Positions 37,402 to 50,500 of a DNA stretch of 64,000 bases are shown here, in pieces. The position numbers and the translations under genes are program-made. The notes below the pieces were generated by a model. That model saw nothing but the letters and a program-made list of their open reading frames with translations, made no database searches and was not told the origin of the DNA. Each line of letters begins with the position of its first letter. Position 1 is the stretch's first letter. This DNA is from Octopus sinensis (Eukaryota). Where the stretch lies: contig NC_043001.1 of NCBI RefSeq assembly GCF_006345805.1, forward strand, positions 71,920,001 to 71,984,000. The letters run 5' to 3'.

Positions 37402-38815
37402 TCTATTATATAAAATGGACATGGGCGATCGTTGTATTCTTGTATTCTTTCTTTTGTCTTGGGGTTCACAGCCAAACGGCTGGGTGGATTCGCGTGGAGA
37501 CGGGTCCATAGATTGTGCTGCCGTTTGTATTTTGTCATAGCCCCCATAGTTGCCGAGAAAATCTATTAAAACTTTTTCTAATGGAATTCCCCATTCAAAG
37601 GTGTTTGCGCCTGCCATTCAGCCGTGCTTTGGGCGATTTTGATCAAACCAATTTTGTGAAATAGAGCGGTTTTTTTCTACAAATAGTGGGGAGGTTTGGC
37701 TTTTCAAAAATTTCGGTACAAAGGGAAGAAAAAATTAGGATTAAATTTTTTTTACTATTTTGCGCAAAGCTGAGCGTAAAAACGCAGAAAGATTTATCGA
37801 TTCACATGCAGCGAGAAGTTAGCAATGTATGCAAGCTGCTTCATGTCAAGAGGTGTCAATCGATTTTTGTCTTAAGGTTACATGTATGATTGGATACTTA
37901 TTAAGTCACTTAGCCTGCACAAGTTGAAATTGCTTGATCTGAGGTTCGAATACCAGCAAGCTCATATGCATTTTGAGCTTATAGGAATTGTAGACTAAAA
38001 TCAATGTGGGAAAAATGAAAAATATTTATGCAACTATTTATGTTATACATTGACTAAAGTCATCTATTATATAAATTGGACATGGGCGATCGTTGTATTC
38101 TTGTCTATACATATAAATTTGACATGGGCGATTCTTTCTTGTCTTGGGATTCACGGTCAAACGGCTGGGTGGAATTGCGCGAAAAATTAGAATGATCCGG
38201 TGGTGATGCTGGGCTTTCTATTTTTAATAGCTTCCATGGTTACCGAGATAATCGACTATAATAATACTCTTGTGTTTATGAGTGAGAAAGGAAGGGGTGA
38301 TAGATAAATAAGGAAGGGATGCGTGATGTCATATTTTTTCATAGCTCCCATGGTTACCTAGATATTCTACAATAATAATACTCTTGTGTTTATGAATGAG
38401 AAAGGAAGGGGTGAGAGATGGATAAGGAAGGCAGGGGTGATGTCATACTTGGTAGTGGGATGATGAAAATTGTACGCTGAAAAAATAAATCAGCGTTTCA
38501 ACTGTGTGAATATATGTGTGTGTATGTAAAAGGTGGGGTATGTGAATGTGTGTGTGTGTGTGCGCGCGCGCGGGCATGCAATGGAAAGGGAATGGTTCAT
38601 CTTTGCTTAGTATTTGGGTTTATTTTTTGATTTAGGGAATCTTGGTTGGGTTTTTTTTTTTGTTGGTCAGTTATTTTTAGCATTTTGACAGAAAAAAGTC
38701 ATTCTAAAATTGTTTTTTAACTTAAGCGTGTCCAAACAAGTCAAATGCTTACACAGAGCAGATTTTACAGTCACATCATCCAAACTGGTTGGGTGAAACC
38801 AGGCTTAGCTGCTAG
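37402..38815 (+). mobile_element. Non-autonomous Helitron with reiterated 5' ends
   Basis: A|TCTATTATATAAAATGGACATGGG start. Hairpin CTGGTT-gggtga-AACCAG, then CTAG|T at 38812-38815. The 5' motif recurs at about 38062 and 38104. Confidence 0.7.
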
Positions 38816-38863
38816 TATATATGTAAGTGTGTGTATGTATATGTGTATGTATATATATATGAG

Positions 38864-38990
<127 letters not shown>

Positions 38991-38999
38991 TATATATAT

Positions 39000-39028
<29 letters not shown>

Positions 39029-39038
<10 letters not shown>

Positions 39039-39168
39039 TATTTGAGACAAAACCACTATTTTGCAAAACAAACAAGGAAAGACTTAATCAATTAAATTTT
39101 ATGTATTGATTAAGTCTTTCCTTGTTTGTTTTGCAAAATAGTGGTTTTGTCTCAAATAATATTTTATA
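39029..39168. repeat. Perfect 64-bp-arm palindrome with 12-nt loop
   Basis: 39029-39092 is the exact reverse complement of 39105-39168. Confidence 0.95.
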
Positions 39169-39248
39169 ATATTTTACTATAAAATTGGATTTAATCCTAA
39201 ATCTGATTTTTTTTCCCTGTAAATTTGGATTTATTCCCTAATATTTAT

Positions 39249-39307
<59 letters not shown>

Positions 39308-39310
39308 TAT

Positions 39311-39376
<66 letters not shown>

Positions 39377-39381
39377 CATAC

Positions 39382-39414
<33 letters not shown>

Positions 39415-39471
39415 ACATACATATATATATATATATATATACATACATATATATATATATAATATACATAC

Positions 39472-39569
<98 letters not shown>

Positions 39570-40133
39570 CATGCTGCTAGCCATCTGTCACTGAGGGACC
39601 CATTGTCTTGCAGTTCCAGCAGCCTTAGCAGATGATTCTCATTTGTCAGTGATATAATTATGTGTGCTTTTGTGCTCCTCAAGTCCTTTTGAAAGATCCT
39701 CTCAGAGTAAATAACACATTCTTCAGAATGAAAAGAAGTACAACACAACTGCAACTACAGAGAGCACTGGATATTTTTTTTAATCAATGGCTACATTCTG
39801 TAAGCCTAATTGCCGACATATCAACGAGGAAGCCTTCATGTGGTCACTTGAAGTGCTAGAAACAGCAGTCAAGTTTCCCTTAAATTACACTGTACTATCT
39901 TAGAAAAGGGACAAGTTGTACAATGTGATGTTGGATTCTCTGATCATAGGGGGAAACTCTAAACAGAATACCCTTGATCTTTGGCTGGAATACCTTTGAT
40001 CATAGCTCTGTTCAATAAAAGCTGTCTTTGGGTTAAACAACAACAATAAAAACCAATCCACTGAGCCAACAAGCAAGTCTGCACATAGTTCTTAGTAGAA
40101 ATAGTAGCTAGGTCGCCTTCAAATCACACCCTA

Positions 40134-40910
40134 CTAGCTTAAGAAAGGGAAGAAGACATTCGAAAAGGTTGTTGTTAAGCCAGATGTTTTAAGCATCTCA
40201 GCAGTGATTCCTGATGGGCCGGGGCCTTTTCCTGGTTTCATACTCTTAATTGCCTTAACTACTAGGGAGCTGTCTATTCGGATAGCTGGTCCCTCTACTG
40301 GGTCAACATTTGGCAGGCTCTCCTCCTCCCATTCATTCTCCACATTCAGCAGTCTCTCATAATGGCTTCTCCAAGCCTTTTTCTTTTCAGAAACATTGAA
40401 AGCAAGTGCACCATCATCCATGCAGATGCATTTCTCTCCTATGACCCTTCTGGCCTCAAGCCTAAAGTCACTAATGAGGGGTACATTCTTCACCCGGGAG
40501 GATCTTTGTATTTAAGAGCAACCCTGCATCCTGCTGTCTGGTGAGGATGAAGTCTATTTGGCTAGCAGAGTCCCCTGACTGATAGGTTTTAAGGTGGCAG
40601 TCTGGCTTCCTGAAGTTAGTGTTGCAGATTAAAAGGTTACATGCATCACAGAATTCCAGTAGTCTAATTCCTTCATCATTTCTGGTGCTGATACCATGGC
40701 CACTGTGTACCCCAGTGAAGGCACCCGATTCCCGCCCAACATGCCCATTAAAGTCTCCAGCCACAAAGATGAGGTCCTTGCCACTCGTCTTTGAGGTAGC
40801 CTGTAGAAGGGTATCATAAAAGTGGTCCTTCTGATCATTTGGTAGCCCCACATGTGGGGCATAGGCGGAGATAATCATAGCTGTGCCGTTCTGTAGGACT
40901 AACCTGAGCT
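40134..40910 (-). mobile_element. RTE LINE endonuclease fragment, internally deleted
   Basis: IISAYAP, VAGDFNGHVG, SQIDFILTR and GPGPSGITAEMLK. Confidence 0.88.
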
Positions 40911-41348
40911 ATATATCATCATCATCATCATCATCATCGTTTAACATCCGTTTTCCATGCTAGCATGGGTTGGACGGTTCAACTGGGGTCTGGGAAGCCA
41001 GAAGGCTGCGCCAGGCCCAGTCTGATCTGGCAGTGTTTCTACAGCTTGATGCCCTTCCTAACACCAACCACTCCGTGAGTGTAGTGGGTGTATTTTAGGT
41101 GCCACCTGCACAGGTGCCAGACAAAGCTGGCAAACGGCCACGATTGGATGGTGCTTTTTACGTGCTACCGGCACGGGGGCCAGACGAGGCTGGCAATGGC
41201 CACAATCGGATGGTGCTTTTTACGTGGCACCGGCACGGAAGCCAGTCGGGGTGGCGCTGGTAATGGCCACATTCGGATGGTTACCTTACGTGCCACCGGC
41301 ACTGGTACCACAGCTACAATTTCCATTGATGTTGATCAATTTCGATTT

Positions 41349-41392
<44 letters not shown>

Positions 41393-41419
41393 ATATATAT
41401 ATATATGGATATATAATAA

Positions 41420-41652
41420 TAATATTAGGGAATAAATCCAAACTTACAGGGAAAAATTAGATTTAGGATTAAATCCAATTTTATAGTATAAATATATTAT
41501 ATTATATTATATTAAATTAGAGATAAAACCCCTATTAGGCAAATCAAACAGTGAAAAACATAAGCCAATACATAAAATTAATTTTAAAATATAAAAGATA
41601 AAATTTAAAATTATTTAAATAATTTAAACTTATAAATTTTAAATATATATAT

Positions 41653-41696
<44 letters not shown>

Positions 41697-42766
41697 TTTT
41701 ATATTTATATATTATTTTATTTATTAATTTTTTTTTTAAATAAATATCAAAAGTATTAAAAGTTTAATAAAAGATAAAGATTAAAACACTACGATCGTTT
41801 CATGGCTGTGCCAATTCGAATAACAATAATTTAAATTCAATTAATAATTCGAGTTATGGTTACAGTCAATCTTCAGGTTAATTGAAATATTTTTTAAATA
41901 ATCAGAAATATTTAAACAATATTTTTAAGATATAAATAATATAATAATTTTACTTATAATAAACTCTATTATCAAACTAGAAACTTAAAACTTAACAATG
42001 AGGATTATATCAAAATCGATTATAATATTAAATATTAATTTTAATTTTTAAGGTAAGAAACCCACCAATAATCTAATATCGGTAGTAGTTTATATCTAAT
42101 TACATAAATATTTAAAAAAAAAAAGACTATTATATATAAATTATCAATGAAAATATATAAATGTATATAAATATTATAATTAAGATCTAAAATAATCTCT
42201 ATAAATAAATATATATACACATATAATAAAGACCTAATAAATTAATTTTTCATATTTAAAGATGAAATAGCTAATTACAAAATACAAACTAACAAACTTA
42301 AACGAACTTTCGGAAATCTTATTTAAAATACTTATAGAAATAATCAATTCGTAGTTATATAATATCGAATAAATACTATAAATAACTAAGTTATGCTATT
42401 AAGTTAGACATGGCCTGGACCAATCTTTGGTCGAAACATATCTAAGTTTATCTAATTTTAATTATAAGAAATTTAAAACTACAATTAATACTATTAATAC
42501 ATGTATATACATAAACCTAACTTTAGACAACTCGTATACTTGCTATCAAACAGCATATCTATCGCTAAGTAATATCTTACGAATAAACTTAAATTTAATA
42601 TCTAATAACTATATAGAAAATTACGATAATTAGATCATTACATAAACAACGATATTTACATAATAAAAATATTATTCCACCAAAGACTTATAAAATATAA
42701 AAAATTTACAATTTAAAGATCTTAAATATAAATAAATACTTATCTTAGCGAGGTTTAGTAATGAAC
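41420..42766 (+). mobile_element. Extremely AT-rich degenerate element, probably PLE-related
   Basis: Begins with the inverse of the pLTR-like sequence at 39180-39250, 12490 and 5690. The rest is codon-like AT-rich relic sequence (for example LKHYDRFHGCANSNNN). No catalytic motif recognised. Confidence 0.35.
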
Positions 42767-42951
42767 TCTTGCAACACAAAACACCTCCAGTCTTTGGTCC
42801 TCACGGCGCAGAACATTGGCAAATTTTTTCTTATCTGCTTCCCTCTGGCTAGATAGACCTGTCTCCTAGCTTCCCTTTTGGCAGTCTGATACAATTCCCT
42901 GCTAGCACCATTCTTCCAGTCCTTCCAGGCTTGTCTCTTTTCTCTAATAGA

Positions 42952-43004
<53 letters not shown>

Positions 43005-43101
43005 ATATATATATCTATATATATATATATATATCCATATATATATATATCCATATATATATATCTATATATCCATATATCTTTATATATCTATATATAT
43101 A

Positions 43102-43179
<78 letters not shown>

Positions 43180-43275
43180 ATATATATATATATAGACATA
43201 TATATATATATGGATATATAGATATAGATATATATTAATATAGATATATATATGGATATATATATATATATATAT

Positions 43276-43320
<45 letters not shown>

Positions 43321-43323
<3 letters not shown>

Positions 43324-45762
43324 CTAATAGAGAAAAGAGACAGGCTTGGAAGGACTGGAAGAATGATGCTAGCAGGGAATTGTATCAGACTGCCGAAAGG
43401 GAAGCTAGGAGACAGTTCTATCTAGCCAGAGGGAAGCAGATAAGAAAAAATTTGCCAATGTTCTGCGCCGTGAGGACCAAAGACTGGAGGTGTTTTGTGT
43501 TGCAAGACAGTGTGTGAGAGAGAATTGTGATGTGGTAGGAGAGAAGTGTGTTCGCATGGAAGATGGTTCACTTGTGCTAAATGAGGATGCAAAGAGAGAG
43601 GTTTGGAGACGCCACTATGAAAGGTTGCTGAATAAAGAAAATGAATGGGATAAAGAGAGTCTGCCGAATGTTGACCCAACAGAGGGACCAGCTATCCGAG
43701 TTGACAGTTCCTCGGAAGTTAAGGCAATTAGAAGCATGAAGACAGGGAAAGTCCCAGGCCCATCAGGAATCACTGCAGAGATGCTCAAAATATCTGGTAG
43801 TGTCGGCTATAGCCTAGTCACCCGTATAGTTAATCAGGTGATACACGAAGGAGTCATACCCAATGACTGGTGTAGCAGCATTAATAGTCAACTGCTACAA
43901 AGGTAAAGGTGACGCCCTAGATGCAAATAATTACAGAGGTATCAAGCTGTTGGATCAGGTAATGAAGGTTACAGAGAAGGTCATAGCCCAACTAATTAGA
44001 GAAAGAGAGTTAATTTAGATGAGATGCAGTTTGGGTTCGTGCCAGGGAAAAGTACCACTGATGCTATATTCCTGGTAAGGCAGCTGCAGGAGAAATACCT
44101 AGCCAAAGATAAGCCCCTGTACCTGGCTTTTGTTGACATAGAGAAAGCCTTCGACAGGGTCCCCCGATCCCTTATCTGGTGGTCAATGAGGAAACTAGGG
44201 ATAGATGAATAGTTAGTGAGAGCTGTGCGAGCCATGTACAGGGACGCTGCTAGTAAGGAGCGGGTTGGCAACGAGTACAGTGAAGAATTCCAGGTAGAGG
44301 TAGGGGTCCACCAAGGCTCAGTCCTCAGCCCCCTCCTATTTATCATAGTCCTCCAGGCAATAACAGAGGAATTCAAGACAGGATGCCCCTGGGAGCTCCT
44401 CTATGCTGATGACCTTGCTCTAATTGCTGAGTCACTATCAGAACTGGAGGAGAAGTTTCAGGTGTGGAAGCAAGGATTAGAATCGAAGGGCCTTAGAGTC
44501 AATCTAGCTAAAACCAAAGTCCTAATAAGTAGGAAGGTACACAAATCACAAACGCCTTCAGTAGATGGCCCTGCTCGATCTGTAGAAAAGGTGTAGGTAG
44601 AAACTCTATAAGATGCACCAAGTGTAAGCTATGGACACATAAGAGGTGCAGCAATGTCAAAGGAAGGCTAACTAGGAAGATAGTTTTTGTATGTGACAGA
44701 TGCTCAGGAGCAATAAACAATGAAAATGCTCTGAGACCAACTTATTCCACTTTCCAGGGAGAAAAACTAGAAATAGTTGATAGCTTCCATTACCTAGGTG
44801 ACCAAGTCAGTAGCGGGGGCGGGTGTGCTGAAAGTGTAACTGCTAGAGTAAGAATAGCTTGGGCAAAGTTCAGAGAGCTCTTACCCCTGCTGGTGACAAA
44901 AGGCCTCTCGCTCAGAGTAAAAGGCAGACTGTATGATGCATGTGTACGTACAGCCATGCTACATGGTAGTGAAACATGGGCTGTGAGTGCTGAGGATATG
45001 TGTAAGCTCGCAAGAAATGAAGCCAGTATGCTCCGATGGATGTGTAATGTCAGTGTTCATACTTGACAGAGTGTAAGTACCTTGAGAGAAAAGTTGGACC
45101 TAAGAAGCATCAGATGTGGTGTGCAAGAAAATCGTTTGCGCTGGTATGGTCATGTGGCGAGAATGGATGAAGATAGTTTGTGAAAAAGTGCCACACCCTA
45201 GCGGTTGAGGGAATCTGTGGAAGAGGCAGACCCAGGAAAACCTGGAACGAGGTGGTGAAGCACGACCTTCAAACTTTAGGTCTCACTGAGGAAATGACAA
45301 GAGACTGAGACCTCTGGAAGTATGCTGTGCGTGAGAAGACCCGGCAGAACAAGTGAGACCATAACCCGTGGCCTCTACACGGGATGTAGCCAGTCCACTT
45401 TGCATACCTTTCCTTCTTGGGACACAAAACTCTACTTGTGAAGACCTGTTGAGGCAAGTGAAAATCGAAATCGATCAATGGAAATTACAGCTGAGATACC
45501 AGTGCCGGTGGCACGTAAGAGAACCATCCGAACGTGGCCATTGCCAGCACCGCCCCGACTGGCCTCGTGCCAGTGGCACGTAAAAAGCACCCACTACACT
45601 CACAGAGTGGTTGGCGTTAGGAAGGGCATCCAGCCGTAGAAACATTGACAGATCAGACTGGGCCTGGTGCAGCCTTCTGGCTTCCCAGACCCCAGTTGAA
45701 CCGTCCAACCCATGCTAGCATGGAAAGCGCACGCTAAACGATGATGATGATGATGATGATGA
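43321..45762 (+). mobile_element. 5'-truncated RTE LINE (RT, 3' UTR, (GAT)n tail), degenerate
   Basis: NYRGIKLL, QFGFVPGKST, FVDIEKAFDRVP, GVHQGSVLSPLLF and LLYADDL, with stops and frameshifts. Ends gatgatgatga. Confidence 0.93.
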
Positions 45763-46360
45763 AATATATATATATATGGATATATATATATATATGGACA
45801 TATATATATATGTGTGTGTGTGTATGAGTGTGAGTATCTTTGTGTCTCCTTGTCTCGACACCATGTGATTGCTGTAAATGAGCATCACTGTCATACACGC
45901 AGAGCCCTTCATTTCCAATCCTCTATGAAGACATGTCCGGCCAGGGGAAATATCACTTTACTTGAAAACAGATGAAGTTTGATGAGAGGAAGGGCATCTG
46001 GCTGTAGAAAATTTGCCTCAACAAATTTCATCTGGCCCATGGGAGCATAGAAAAGTGAATATTAAAATGATGATGATGATGATGATGATGATAGCCTGCA
46101 AGAGACTAATATAGATTTTGTGGGTAGTAAACCTTTGATATTGCTATCTTTATTGTCAGTACAAAATAAATAGTTGTTTATAGGGAAAGCACTCAAACAG
46201 ATAATAGGATTTATCATCTTTCCTTTATCATCATCATCATCAACAGCAGCAGCAGCAGCATTTTTACATTCTTTTCTTCTTTACTTGCATTTAAACCCAG
46301 CTGTGGCTATAATTCAAGGTAGAAAGGTTCCATCAGTCGCTTTATCATTATATACACACA

Positions 46361-46391
<31 letters not shown>

Positions 46392-46399
46392 CACATTTT

Positions 46400-47500
46400 C
46401 GTTGGTAATCGATGGTTGGACTAAGGGCTCGACACATTTCATTGGACATTTTGCATCTTATTCATGCAATTATCAAAATGACTATTGTACTGTTTTGCTA
46501 GCATTTTCACCAATAGTAAGTAAAACATCATTCACTGCTTCTGATTATGTTGAATTTATAGAGTATGTGTTAAATGTCTATAACAAAAATTTAGAAAATG
46601 TAGCTATTACCAGAGATAATACTGGAGTGAACAAATCTGTAGTGAATTTGTGTAGTATACCATTGGTTGGATGTGCTTCTTATAAATTTAATCTAGCTGT
46701 TTCTGCTTATCTCGATAAGCAGGAAGTTCTGCTTGATAAAATTAATATGTTGATGAGCAAGATAAAATCATTAAAACTTGCGGGTAGACTTCAGGAAAAA
46801 ATGCCTTTGCAACCTATACAAAGAAATAAAACCTGTTGGTCCAGTACTTATGACAGGATTGAGAGGTACATCCAACTGAAGCCATTTTTAGACTCTTTTC
46901 AAGGCAATCCAAAGCTGGTTGATTATTTGTTGTCTCCACATGACCATAATGGTCTGCAGACTCTAAAAGACAAATTAGGAAAGTTACACTCAGTAACAGT
47001 TGCCTTGCAAAGAACAGAAATAGATTTGGGAGATGCTCGAATTCTTTTTAACAAAATTCACACATTGTATCCTTATGAGGAGTTGTAAAAATATTTGTTT
47101 CCATTGGCAGCCATTGTGCACAGCCCAAATTTTGAATGTGGAGTTGTGAAAATTATACAACATGCAGAAGCAGAACTAACTGCGGATGAAGTGGCTGCTC
47201 TACATCAGCTGAAAGTGGTGACAGACACATCACATCAGTCTGATTTACCTGTAGAAGATGGTGATTTTGCTTCAGTTTGTTTGAAAAACACAAAAAAGAT
47301 AAAATTTTACTTCAGCAATATATGAACTGTAGATTTTGTTACTAATGTCCAACATCTTGGAACATTTCTTCAGCTCAGCAGGTTACGCTTTTAATAATTT
47401 TCAGCAATACTTAATATCAATGAATTTAAAATTGCAATTATTTCTGAAAGTCAATCGCGCTTTCTGGGATGAAGACCTAATTTCAGAAACCTGCAATAGT
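46400..47500 (+). mobile_element. hAT-like transposase relic
   Basis: FSLVIDGWT, CASYKFNLAV and TCWSSTY motifs. The ORF-track N-terminus is microsatellite. Confidence 0.7.
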
Positions 47501-50500
47501 TCATGACCTTTTGCTATATTAGAACATTTTAATTGTGCTACTCATTTGAGAAACTCTTTCAATTAAAGACCTTCAATTTACTTGTTTTCCAATAACTGTA
47601 CAATGTAGAGTATACATGTTATTTGTTCCTTATTCTAAATCAATAAAATTAAACTTTGAACATTTTCTGATAATAAAGTTTTTGAAACTACAAGACGTGC
47701 CTTTTATTTTCCTATCATTTTGGCTTTTACCTAAATCGAAGCTGACACTCCAAAATATATGGTGTTTTTATGTTCAGCAAAATAATTGACAATTAATTGC
47801 AATAATTGATTGGCCTGTATCCCAATTAAAATAAATTGATTGCTAGGAAAATAATTGATTAGAAAGGTTGCCTTGAAGAATTTTGATCAAACTTATCAAC
47901 TCCATTATTTATTATTTTCTTTTTTTGTAAAGCCTGGTGCTTATACTACTGGTCTCTTTTGCCAAAACACTAATTTATGGGGATATAAACACACCAACAC
48001 CAGATGTCATGCAATGGTGGGAGATAAACATACACACACACACACACATGCAAAGTTTATGTTTGTGACATATTTCAACAGCTAAAAGGCAAATTCATTG
48101 CAGTTACTGTGGAAAAAAATTTTTCTTATGTTAAAAAGGTGTAAAAATACTACACCTGTCCAGTGTCACCATCTATCAGGATTCTCAGACATCGATGCTT
48201 CTAGTTCCTTGTACAACAGTATTCTTTCAGTTTCTACAAGGGTTTGGTTGACCGGAGGCTACTGTAGAAGACACTACCCCAAGGTGCCATACAGTAAGAC
48301 TGAACTCAGAACCATGTAGTGGGGGACGCAAATTTCTTACCACAGAGCCACACTGCACCTATGGTAATATAGTAACAAAAATGGTAAAGTGATATCAATT
48401 AAAACCTTCCATTGAAATTTCATGTGTGTTTATGTTCCAAACACCAACTTAATATAATGACAGTTATTTTACTAAATTCTGCATTGTTTTAAAAATCAAT
48501 TCAAACAATAGTACTATATTTCAATTGAAATATGGAAAAAAAATTAAAATCTTAAGGAATTTTCATTATTAAGCATGGAGAAATACATGACTAATATAAA
48601 CATCTTTCAATTTTATTTTACAAACAACCATTCTAAAAATGACTTTTACTTCATTCTGTATAAGTTTGATGACACTGTTTCAAGACTGAAATATTCTACT
48701 TCAGCTTCCTACCTAAAAATGTCAGCACTTTGAAACACAATTACTCTAAATAAATTGTAATAAGATTTTAATTCCCTGTCATATATTTTCAGTCAAATTT
48801 TAAAGTAATTCAATGATATTTGGTCAAATGGAATTGGTTAAATGTCAAAGGGAAACTCATTTTACACTAAAAATGTTGCTGAACTGGTACAGGTTTCTTT
48901 TTGTTTTGATTATGAACAGATAATTGCATGTGATGTGGAACAGAGGTTATAATGTTTATTTTAGTTTTTGATGTTTTTCCCATTGTTAACTACTTCAACT
49001 ATGATATTGTGAAGTAGGTGTCAATTTTTATCTGGTGGACTGAGGTAAAGTAAGTAATAAATTGAGGTCAACACAGTGACTACAATAAGCTTTGTAGTAA
49101 CATATTTCATCTTGTAAAATTCTGATTAGTGAAATAGAAATCAGAAGAGCAACAACAACAACAAACAAAAGTTTATCCTGTATCATCATCATTATCATCA
49201 TCAACATTAAATGCCTGCTTTCCATGCTGGCATGGGTTGGACAGTTTGACAGAAACTGGGAAGGCCAGAAACAACACTAGGTACCATAGTTTGTTTTGAC
49301 TAGGTTTCCATGCATGGATGCCCTTCCTGACACCAACCACTTTACAGAGTGTACTGTGTGCTTTTTACGTGGCACCATCACCAGTGCTTTTTATGTGACA
49401 CCATGGTAACTGGTAAAGACTCCTTTTGGTCATAAATAACCATGGAACTGCACCTAGACAGTTCCCCTCTGAGGCACAAGTCTAGGCATGGTTGTTTATG
49501 GAAGACCAGCAGTCACCCATGCATACCAGCTTCCCTTCTTTGTGCCACTGATGTTATCTAAGGGCAAGGAAAAGGCTGATACAGCTTGGCACCAGTGACA
49601 TTGCAACTCATTTCTACAGCTGAGTGAACTGGAGCAATGTAAAATAATGTGTCTTGCTCAAGAACACAACACACAGCCCAGTCTGGGAATCGAACTCACT
49701 ACCTCATCATTGTAAGCCTGACACTCTAACCACTGAGTCATACACCACTGCACCAACACCACTGCTTTTTTACATGGCACCAGCACCCACACTAATGCTT
49801 TTATATGGCAGATTGCTTGTAGGCTCTCAATTCTGCTGTGGTGGGCAGCTCTTCTTGAGTACAGCAATGTGCCACATATCTAGATTCTCTGTATATTCAT
49901 TGATTTGAAAGATGATGGGAGAGAATTCGAGGAAGATTCCACTGCAATTTCTTGCAAATCAAGCAACTGCATAGAGACTTCCTCAAATATTGAAGAGCGG
50001 AGAGAGTGTGACATGTCCAAACTCTCATATGGTATTCTATACAATAAATCATTGTAGATGTACAGGAATACAAGGAGCACAGAAATGAACCAGACAGTGA
50101 AGAGAGTACAATATGATCAAACTGACACACTGCACCTCATATATATCACAGCATGTCAGCACTCAATAGGTTCCTAAGCTTGGCCAAACTGGGAAGACAG
50201 ATTAGTCAGTTGTACCTCATTGTTCAGCTGTAGAGACATTCTTGTCTGGACTTAAAGGTTGAGGGTTGTTCTCTTGTTATGGTTTCCTGAGTTGCTGGCC
50301 TTGATCCATATCTCCACTCACCTCATCCACACTCTACCATGGACTCAGTCAAGTGTGTCTTAGGCAAGAAACTTAAAACCAAACTGGGTTTTTTTGAGAA
50401 GTGGATTTGAATTTGGAGTTTGAGTCATAGTGAATCTTTCATTAGCTCAATTCACAACAATGTCGGCCACCCCTATGAATACATTGCATTCTCTCTTGAT

